Part shown: in pieces, positions 57,905-64,000 of the stretch
Layout of the letters: the number at the start of each line of letters is the position of its first letter
How positions within the stretch are numbered: position 1 is the stretch's first letter
From: an uncultured virus (IMG/VR IMGVR_UViG_3300008954_000034)
Lineage: Duplodnaviria > Heunggongvirae > Uroviricota > Caudoviricetes
Direction: 5' to 3' (one strand)
DNA: 64,000 bases
Virus record (IMG/VR): IMGVR_UViG_3300008954_000034
Coordinates: 1 to 64,000 of that record
Translations under genes and position numbers: made by a program
Notes under the pieces: generated by a model
Seen by the model: only the letters and a program-made list of their open reading frames with translations
The model's database searches: none
Told to the model about the DNA's origin: nothing

Positions 57905-58465
57905 CTACACAGAAAAGAATGTACTTGCCTCTCTAATGAGATCTGCAGCTTGTGCATGGGGAAAATATACGCTCCGAATTGCAGACATGATCCTGTCATT
58001 GATCGAGTATACAGATCCATCCCACAGTGGAAAGGCGAGAATTGTTTTATCAAAGCTGGATAGATCATTAACAACTACAACGTCTAGTGGATTCATCACA
58101 TAAACAAACCTGATATTGTCTTCCGTCACATTATTAATGTTGTAAGTGAGATGCGTAATGTTAGCACTAATATGAACAACCAAGTCAACCAACCCGGCCC
58201 ACGTGTCAAGCTGCCCCGGTTGACTTGTGTAAGCTGCTTTGTAGGAAACATCACCCGCCGACCCAATCCCCTCACTTGTAACAAAGGTCTGATTGATCAC
58301 AGATGTCTGCTGACTGGTAAGATAGCGAAAGGCAATAGTACTTCCAGTTGTTCGAGCTTTGAGTGCAATGATAAACTCAGAAACCCGGTCGTAGGCAACA
58401 AGTGCCCCACCACTCTCATAGGCCATTGCATCTTCTGGATCGAGCGCTATGGCAATTGATGGCAT
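57905..58465 (-). CDS. Hypothetical protein
   Basis: 186-aa ORF with GAGG RBS. Confidence 0.5.
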   Translation of the reverse strand: MPSIAIALDPEDAMAYESGGALVAYDRVSEFIIALKARTTGSTIAFRYLTSQQTSVINQTFVTSEGIGSAGDVSYKAAYTSQPGQLDTWAGLVDLVVHISANITHLTYNINNVTEDNIRFVYVMNPLDVVVVNDLSSFDKTILAFPLWDGSVYSINDRIMSAIRSVYFPHAQAADLIREASTFFSV

Positions 58466-58587
58466 AACCAGTCCTCAAAACTTTGTGCGAGAGCTTTCTC
58501 CCTCACCGGTACTAACTCTCGCACGGGGCGCAGGAGGTCAACGACTCGTACAGCCTGTGGGGAGAATCGCTGCATCCATGGAAATAC

Positions 58588-59127
58588 TCACTTCTGCTTG
58601 TTACGTTTCCGGTTGGCCTTGGTCAGTTCTGGCTTGGGAATCAGGTCGAGCAGTGGTTTGCACGGCCCCCAGACAACGAAGAACCCTGCACCATACAGCG
58701 CAAGTAACTCGAAAGTAAACTTCCAGCCAGCACCCCATGGCACCGTTACAGTCAAACTTCCCGTGACAGCCTCAGCTACGGCGACTACGAGGTATGAAAA
58801 GGTCATTGCAATGATAACCCCGCGTATGGTTCCAAGCGCGTGAACCGCGTCGCTGAATAGACTAATGCCCTGTTCAAAGAAGCTGATAAGCCACGGTGGA
58901 TAGTTGTCGTACCATAGTTCTTTCATCGGAAGATACAGAGACCGTTCGCTGTGATGCCAAGCGTACGAGTTAGTCCACCACTCTCTGGACAGCGGGGAGA
59001 CTAGAAAGTCTCGAACCGAGTCCGGGACTCGTTTCATGAAATGGTCGCGGAGTGCGTGAATTGCACCGAGTACAATCATCACAATTCGCAGCACCCAGAT
59101 AAGATGACCAAGTAAGAAATCCATCAT
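58588..59127 (-). CDS. Membrane protein
   Basis: Several hydrophobic segments. Confidence 0.5.
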   Translation of the reverse strand: MMDFLLGHLIWVLRIVMIVLGAIHALRDHFMKRVPDSVRDFLVSPLSREWWTNSYAWHHSERSLYLPMKELWYDNYPPWLISFFEQGISLFSDAVHALGTIRGVIIAMTFSYLVVAVAEAVTGSLTVTVPWGAGWKFTFELLALYGAGFFVVWGPCKPLLDLIPKPELTKANRKRNKQK

Positions 59128-59759
59128 GACTCCGCATCTTGTTCACTTAATGGTAGTTCATTATACCAGTATTCGTACGCCGTTTTCCACTGAAACTCGT
59201 CGGGGGTGTAAACTTCCCCGCGACTACACTCAAGACACGACGTACTAATCTCCCCACCCTCAAGGTAAATGTAATAGGTCTTTTCGCCACACTGCGGACA
59301 CTTCGGCGTTCTTATTGGACGAGGCAGGGACTTCCATAACAACCGAAACTCAGCCTCAACCAGCTTAATCGTACGGGGGTCTTTGGAGTACTCCTCCAGC
59401 AGTTCCCGCCTCGTCCGATAGAAGGCCACGGAGTACTGAGTCCGACGCATTCCGGGTTTAATCTTCTTTGACAGGTACTTGAAAAACTTAGTGTCTCGCA
59501 GTACGAGCATCGTCCGGACAGGCCAGTTATCGCGGAATGGTGGAATGAATGACTCAATGGTAGATCGTCCGAGGTCGCCAATCTGAAAGTACCTACCGTT
59601 CTTCGACCGCCGTACGTAACGCGGTGTTAGCCTGTCGGCGGATTCCCGGTAGGTCTCGTCGGTGAACTCAAGTCGGTTCAGTTCACCCTTTACACGTGCC
59701 CGCTCGGTCTGTACGTACAACTTGGTCAGGACTGCGATATCTTGCGCGTACAGCATCAT
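59124..59759 (-). CDS. Hypothetical protein with C-terminal Zn ribbon
   Basis: CPQCG...CLEC; basic N-terminus. Confidence 0.55.
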   Translation of the reverse strand: MMLYAQDIAVLTKLYVQTERARVKGELNRLEFTDETYRESADRLTPRYVRRSKNGRYFQIGDLGRSTIESFIPPFRDNWPVRTMLVLRDTKFFKYLSKKIKPGMRRTQYSVAFYRTRRELLEEYSKDPRTIKLVEAEFRLLWKSLPRPIRTPKCPQCGEKTYYIYLEGGEISTSCLECSRGEVYTPDEFQWKTAYEYWYNELPLSEQDAES

Positions 59760-60031
59760 AGATGAACGCCCAGTCCGGTTGTTAGCACCTCAAAGAACTT
59801 GGCCTCGTCGACGATCTTGGTGGTGCTGGCCGAGTCGTCTCGGACCAAGGACAGACGAACTCGACGGTCGCACACACCTTCAACTTCTGGAACGACGTCA
59901 ATGGAAAGTTTGAATGACTCGTTATCTTGCTCGCCATGTACAACTAATGGGCCAGCCCCTGCATCAATCTGCTCACGCTGCTCACGGATGGTTGATAGTA
60001 GGGCGGACTTCTCGAATTGCTGCTCCGACAT
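59756..60031 (-). CDS. Hypothetical protein
   Basis: First gene after a sigma70-type promoter. Confidence 0.55.
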   Translation of the reverse strand: MSEQQFEKSALLSTIREQREQIDAGAGPLVVHGEQDNESFKLSIDVVPEVEGVCDRRVRLSLVRDDSASTTKIVDEAKFFEVLTTGLGVHL

Positions 60032-60054
60032 AAAAACCTCAGGTGGTTATGGTT

Positions 60055-60109
60055 ACATCAACATGATAAAGAAAAACCCCTACAGGGTCAAGTGCTCCTG
60101 TAGAGGTTT
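60055..60109 (-). promoter_or_regulatory. Overlapping terminator/promoter TTGACC-N17-TATCAT
   Basis: Stem ACCTCTACAGG/CCTGTAGGGGT plus T-tract; the -35 lies in the loop. Confidence 0.75.
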
Positions 60110-60126
60110 GTGGGGTTCCGGTCGTT

Positions 60127-60441
60127 TTACTTTGGTTCGGTCGCCTGTGTCAGGGCGGCAAGATTTACGTGATATGTCTTGGAAGTCCAAGAGTTGCCTT
60201 CGTAGTCAAGTTCAAAAACCAGCTCGGTCTCGCCCTTGGCGATCTTCTCGCCGGTGATCCGGCAGCGGGCTCGGCCAGTTGCGGTCTTTATCTCGATCAG
60301 GCTGTTCGGGTTGAACCAAGGTGTGCGGCTGATGATGGTGTCCTTATCTCCCCGCACACTGTTGCGATGGTTTTCATAAGCCTCTGCAAGTTCGTGAATC
60401 TCGTTTGCGGGCAGGGTCTTGAATTCGGTCTTGGTTTCCAT
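60127..60441 (-). CDS. Small early protein with PARP-Zn-finger-like motif
   Basis: Start METKTEF after GGAGG; ATGRARCRITGEKIAKGE. Confidence 0.55.
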   Translation of the reverse strand: METKTEFKTLPANEIHELAEAYENHRNSVRGDKDTIISRTPWFNPNSLIEIKTATGRARCRITGEKIAKGETELVFELDYEGNSWTSKTYHVNLAALTQATEPK

Positions 60442-60468
60442 GGGGCGTCCTCCGGGGTTGTTTACTTT

Positions 60469-60536
60469 GCACATGTACATGATAACACAAAGCGAGCCGG
60501 AAAGCAACCTCATGTACATGAGATGCTCTCCGGCTC
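60469..60536 (-). promoter_or_regulatory. Overlapping tmRNA terminator / promoter TTGCTT-N17-TATCAT
   Basis: Long hairpin GAGCCGGAGAGCA...TGCTTTCCGGCTC just after the tmRNA 3' end. Confidence 0.7.
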
Positions 60537-60550
60537 TTAAGCGAGGATAC

Positions 60551-60899
60551 TGGTGGAGACGTGGGGAATCGAACCCCAGTCCGAATGGTTTTACCAACCC
60601 CATTCTACGTGCGTAGTCTACTCAGACCGCAGACAGGTCATCACCGTGTATTTTGTGCTCCGGGACACGATAAAACCGGATCAACACAACCCAGAGGATT
60701 GAAGTGCCGACATTTGTCGACCGGAAATCCTGAGTCGCTATCGGCTTGCTACTCAGGGTCCGGGAGATGACTACTGTTTAAGCAGCCGCTCTCAAGGGAG
60801 TTTGCTCTTCAGCAATTATGGATGTTCTGCCCTCTTGCAGTTGGACAGCCACTGGCACGCATGAAATCAACTTACCACCCGTCGAAACCAATCGTCCCC
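60551..60899 (-). ncRNA. ssrA: tmRNA; tag peptide (A)AEEQTPLRAAA
   Basis: 5' GGGGACGATTGGTTTCGAC; 3' GGGGTTCGATTCCCCACGTCTCCACCA; G3.U pair in the acceptor stem; ATAATT-GCT resume context; tag ORF at 60778-60813. Confidence 0.93.
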
Positions 60900-60927
60900 G
60901 CTTGTGAAAGATCAATGGTACAAACTT

Positions 60928-61428
60928 CTATTCACCGTCAGCTAGTGTACGCTGTGAATTCTTAATCACCGTCTGCACTGAATCAGCTGCGGCTGTCATT
61001 CCAGCCCGGTAGTACAAGTTACCTAAAAACCAGCGGAAGAAGTTAATGCCTTGTAACGTACCGGCAGTAGCCTCTTCCCCCTGTAAGAGCAGCTGTTCCT
61101 CCCATCTCGGAAGGATCAGCTCCATCGCAGTTACAGTCACAATAGGAGAAACTGATCTGTGGTCGGCGAGCTGGTAATAGCAATATACAGTCACCGCTCT
61201 ATCACGGAGTGCGTTGATCGACTCAGGTCCAAACAACGTGACTGCCAGCTCAGCAGCTGCACTCGAGTTAGTATAAGCAACATAAAAGTTCTCGTCAAGC
61301 GCATCGTAGTAAGCAGTCACACGTAGTGACTTATACAAGAGCTCGTCCATACTCAGTTCTTGCTCTGGTTGGCCCAGAACCATGGAAGTGAGCATTAACG
61401 ATAATAGCAATGTCAAGATGTACTTCAT
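60928..61428 (-). CDS. Secreted hypothetical protein
   Basis: N-terminal signal peptide MKYILTLLLSLMLTSMVLG. Confidence 0.55.
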   Translation of the reverse strand: MKYILTLLLSLMLTSMVLGQPEQELSMDELLYKSLRVTAYYDALDENFYVAYTNSSAAAELAVTLFGPESINALRDRAVTVYCYYQLADHRSVSPIVTVTAMELILPRWEEQLLLQGEEATAGTLQGINFFRWFLGNLYYRAGMTAAADSVQTVIKNSQRTLADGE

Positions 61429-61449
61429 GGTCTTCTATCCTGTTAGACT

Positions 61450-61514
61450 GAGACGGTGCAGCCCTATTAGCAACCAAGCACGTGGCTGGTGCAGGATGGA
61501 TACTGCACCGTCTC
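61450..61514 (-). ncRNA. Unassigned stem-closed RNA element
   Basis: Perfect 12-bp stem GAGACGGTGCAG/CTGCACCGTCTC. Confidence 0.45.
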
Positions 61515-61575
61515 TTAATCGAACCCGGTGCCGCGAGATTCCACCTCGTGGAAAGGTTCAATGGGTTGTCAAAGT

Positions 61576-61666
61576 CTGGTGGTCGACTGGTTCTCCGGAG
61601 GAGTCGTTCCCCAGCCTCTGGAACAGAGCCGCAGCGCTCCTCACACTACGGTTGCCCCACCACCAG
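61576..61666 (-). ncRNA. Unassigned ~90-nt structured RNA
   Basis: Closing stem CTGGTGGT/ACCACCAG with inner GAGGAG/CTCCTC; between tRNA-Pro and a boxA-like motif. Confidence 0.5.
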
Positions 61667-61670
61667 TTTG

Positions 61671-61746
61671 TCGGAGATACAGGATTCGAACCTGTGGCCC
61701 CCTGCTCCCAAAGCAGGTGCGCTCTACCGGACTGCGCCAATCTCCG
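61671..61746 (-). tRNA. tRNA-Pro(TGG), no encoded CCA
   Basis: CGGAGAT acceptor, CCTGC-TT-TGG-GA-GCAGG anticodon arm, GGTTCGAATCC T-arm. Confidence 0.95.
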
Positions 61747-61749
61747 ATG

Positions 61750-61859
61750 AGGAGTCACCACTTGCCCCGTTGCCCGCGTTCGCGGTTCAGCCGCTCTGTC
61801 GCCTTAATCCCCGTTTCCGGTTGAGGCCGAGAGCCAACGTTGGGTTCGTGACAACCCCT
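61750..61859 (-). ncRNA. Unassigned ~110-nt branched structured RNA
   Basis: 12-bp closing stem with G.U pairs; GCTCT/AGAGC, CCG-GAAA-CGG and CCGC/GCGG hairpins. Confidence 0.55.
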
Positions 61860-61875
61860 GTCTGATTGTCAAAGT

Positions 61876-62166
61876 AACCTGCTGATAATACTACCTACAC
61901 CCCACATTACACCAATGCTGCGGGGAGGCCAGTACCGGTTACCAACCACCGCGCACTACAAAGGTTCATCTGACAGCCATCGACGCAGATGTTAGCGTCA
62001 GAATGGGTCACCCACTCCCACATTCCTCAATAGTATCCAACCGTAGTCAGCGCCAGAAAAGGAAAGTGTTAGTCTCCAGTTCTATTGATCTACGATCTGA
62101 GGTAGCAAGGACTCCACATCGTTCCACAGAACTTCGGACGGTCCTTGGTCTCGTATTCAGCAGGTT
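61876..62166 (-). ncRNA. Unassigned ~290-nt structured RNA
   Basis: Ends pair (AACCTGCTGAATAC / GTATTATCAGCAGGTT); internal stems CAAGGAC/GTCCTTG, GGAGTGGG/CCCATTCT, CCCCGCA/TGTGGGG; no sense ORF of 60 aa or more. Confidence 0.55.
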
Positions 62167-62176
62167 GTCAAAGAAC
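62165..62176 (-). promoter_or_regulatory. boxA-like antitermination motif GTTCTTTGACAA (similar motifs at 61866-61875, 61566-61575, 60902-60913)
   Basis: Resembles the rrn boxA consensus GCTCTTTAACAA; no -10 box at promoter spacing. Confidence 0.55.
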
Positions 62177-62276
62177 GTTCCCGCTACTTGGTCCATCCAC
62201 ACGAGCGGTCAGCGTGGTTGTCGATGAGCGAGGCTATGCCATGGCTCGCTCTGGTACTAATATACGTTCAACCGGG

Positions 62277-62804
62277 CTACGCAGCAACTGCCGCCCGGAC
62301 CCTCTTCATCTCATCCTGCAACCACTCAAACTTGAGCTGTTCGAATGCTCGAAAGGCTGGAATGCACTCCGGGCCGCCGTTCCACAAGTCCGGATGATCT
62401 CGAATGGTAAGCTGGGTCGCGGTACTGCGGACCAAGTCATCCACGTGATCGAGATGGTTGATCTCGCGGCACGCCTCGTAAAGCTCAATGGCGCTGCTGT
62501 AAATCCGCAGTCCAAGCAGGTGGCTCTTGGCAGCGTACGCTGCGGCCTTCTTATCCTCGTGCCCGCTGCTGCAAATGCAAGGATAAAGACACTCTGGATC
62601 GTCCGTGTGAATCAGGAAATACCCCCAGCCATTGCGCGGGTCGCGGAAGACGACCGCTGTCTGCTTGTCGCTGGTGATGTACATCGGGGCGTAGCTGCCA
62701 CCAAGCATCTTCTGAATCTTGTGCCCGGCGTCTTGCTTGGCTGCGGTCACGTTGCGACCCTCGCCCTCAACACCGTAGTACTCGACCTTGACCTTGGTAC
62801 TCAT
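62277..62804 (-). CDS. Hypothetical early protein
   Basis: GGAGG RBS; has its own sigma70-type promoter. Confidence 0.6.
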   Translation of the reverse strand: MSTKVKVEYYGVEGEGRNVTAAKQDAGHKIQKMLGGSYAPMYITSDKQTAVVFRDPRNGWGYFLIHTDDPECLYPCICSSGHEDKKAAAYAAKSHLLGLRIYSSAIELYEACREINHLDHVDDLVRSTATQLTIRDHPDLWNGGPECIPAFRAFEQLKFEWLQDEMKRVRAAVAA

Positions 62805-62829
62805 AAAATCCTCCAGTGGTTGTTACATT

Positions 62830-62885
62830 GCACATCTACATGATAAGAAAAGCCCCTGCTGGATGCAAGCTCCAACAGAGGCTCT
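62830..62885 (-). promoter_or_regulatory. Overlapping terminator/promoter TTGCAT-N17-TATCAT
   Basis: Stem GAGCCTCTGTTGGA/TCCAGCAGGGGCTT plus T-tract; the -35 lies in the loop. Confidence 0.75.
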
Positions 62886-62901
62886 TGTATAACTTAGTGA
62901 A

Positions 62902-63207
62902 TCAGTTCATCGAGTGGTCCGCAACCTTCGGGGTCTCGACCGGGACGGGAACCAGCCGGTAGTTCTCGTCGCCCTCGGTGATGCTGCCGGACATCCGACC
63001 GCCGTTGCCACCGAAGTGAATGTAGAAGCAGCAGTAAGCCCGACCGTCGATGAGGTTGTCACCCCGGGCGTGAACTTCTGCGATCTCATACGGACCGTGG
63101 TACTTGGCGTTTGGCTTGGCCACGCTCGGCGTGGTGAAAGCCTGCATGTCGAGGGTCCACTCCAGCCACATTCCGGGCTGCAAGGATTCTACTTCGGCGC
63201 GGGTCAT
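62902..63207 (-). CDS. Hypothetical early protein
   Basis: GGAGG RBS; has its own promoter. Confidence 0.6.
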   Translation of the reverse strand: MTRAEVESLQPGMWLEWTLDMQAFTTPSVAKPNAKYHGPYEIAEVHARGDNLIDGRAYCCFYIHFGGNGGRMSGSITEGDENYRLVPVPVETPKVADHSMN

Positions 63208-63243
63208 GGTGACCTCCGGGTTAGGTTACGGGCGGTGCCCGAT

Positions 63244-63296
63244 GCACATGTACATGATAACAAAACCCCCTATAGGATGCAAGTCCTATAGAGGAT
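63244..63296 (-). promoter_or_regulatory. Overlapping terminator/promoter TTGCAT-N17-TATCAT
   Basis: Stem CCTCTATAGGA/TCCTATAGGGG plus T-tract; the -35 lies in the loop. Confidence 0.75.
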
Positions 63297-63542
63297 TAGT
63301 AAGAGCACACATGACTGCGTTGTTGAAAACCGAGGAGTCTGAGGCTACTTATCCCATCCAATAACCTCGATAAGAACTGCGAATTCATCACCGGTTGGAA
63401 TTGAAATCTGGTTTCCACCCTTTTAGTTTCAAAACCTCGGTGGAGCTTTCACCCCACCGAGATCCAAGGGGAAGGAGGCACTACCTGCCGAAGATGCCTC
63501 ACACAATGATAGACAAAGCGAGAACCCCATGGACCTCGTTTA

Positions 63543-63893
63543 TCACCATAGTTTGATCATTCGCTGCGGCTTTGGTTTCGGTGCGGGAGCGAACTTCAAA
63601 ATCCCCGGTGCGATGTTGTTTTCCGGTCGCAAGCGGTCGGGCATCTCCGGGCGACCAAATCCAAGAATCACGTCTCCTGCGACCTGCATCGCCTCCTCCG
63701 GCGACCGACCACGGTCAAGGGCGTCGTTGATGGCTGCGTTGAACTGTTCCACCCGTTCCGGGGTGTTGACCACTTCACACATCGGACCTTGCCCGGCTTC
63801 TGACGGTGGTTGCATGGTCCACAAAACTTCAGGGTCTTGCCCGACCATCTTACAGACACGAACAAGACCCTGCGGCACGTCGCTGTGTTCCAT
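63543..63893 (-). CDS. Hypothetical protein
   Basis: AAGGAG RBS; 116 aa. Confidence 0.55.
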   Translation of the reverse strand: MEHSDVPQGLVRVCKMVGQDPEVLWTMQPPSEAGQGPMCEVVNTPERVEQFNAAINDALDRGRSPEEAMQVAGDVILGFGRPEMPDRLRPENNIAPGILKFAPAPKPKPQRMIKLW

Positions 63894-64000
63894 CGGCTAC
63901 TTCTCCTTGTTATGAACTGGAAGTTCCATGCACTTTTCGCATGTCACTGGAGTGCTGTCGTCCACAATCGTCATCCGAGCTCCCAACAAGCGGCTGCGTG

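Noticed and set aside
60442..60603. N-terminal extension of ORF 60127..60603, and ORF 61558..61761
   Set aside because: They overlap the tmRNA 3' end/promoter cassette and tRNA-Pro respectively; the real start of the former is ATG 60441 after GGAGG.
61750..61859. 5S rRNA or 4.5S SRP RNA
   Set aside because: Similar size, but I could not find the 5S CCGAAC/GAUGGUAG or SRP domain IV signatures.
61876..62166. RNase P RNA, retron msr-msd or group I intron
   Set aside because: Conserved P4 sequences and group I core motifs are not seen; no adjacent reverse transcriptase and no interrupted gene.
61566..62176. TTGACA hexamers as -35 promoter boxes
   Set aside because: No -10 element 16-18 nt downstream of any of the three; the flanking CTTTGACAA fits boxA better.
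69..63915. Plus-strand ORFs in the track (e.g. 26577..27428, 34506..35330, 38639..39433, 62145..62843)
   Set aside because: They are antisense shadows of well-supported minus-strand genes and have no recognisable motifs.
1..64000. Stop-codon reassignment (alternative genetic code)
   Set aside because: Genes are full-length and densely packed under the standard code, with TAA, TAG and TGA all used as stops.

Overview
This 64 kb window comes from a large contractile-tailed (myovirus-type, probably jumbo) bacteriophage, and essentially all genes lie on the minus strand. Read in the direction of transcription (right to left) it contains: small early-type genes behind sigma70-type promoter/terminator cassettes; a stable-RNA cluster (tRNA-Pro, tmRNA and several unassigned stem-closed RNAs separated by boxA-like motifs); a class II ribonucleotide reductase carrying a LAGLIDADG intein; acidic modular proteins; a sulfotransferase; a lysis region; RNase HI; a methyltransferase; prohead protease, scaffold-like, decoration and major capsid genes; neck genes with a 2093-aa acidic modular protein; a free-standing LAGLIDADG endonuclease; tail sheath, tube, a -1 frameshift chaperone pair, tape measure, baseplate and fibre genes; a phage sigma factor; an SF2 helicase; and a DnaC-like loader. 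No portal or terminase is visible. Two unexplained systems stand out. (1) Several 'beads-on-a-string' polyproteins are built from small acidic domains joined by basic linkers ending in Ala/Gly, and they may be protease-processed capsid cargo. (2) An array of unassigned structured ncRNAs is punctuated by boxA-like motifs. All functional calls come from motif recognition and synteny, not database searches.
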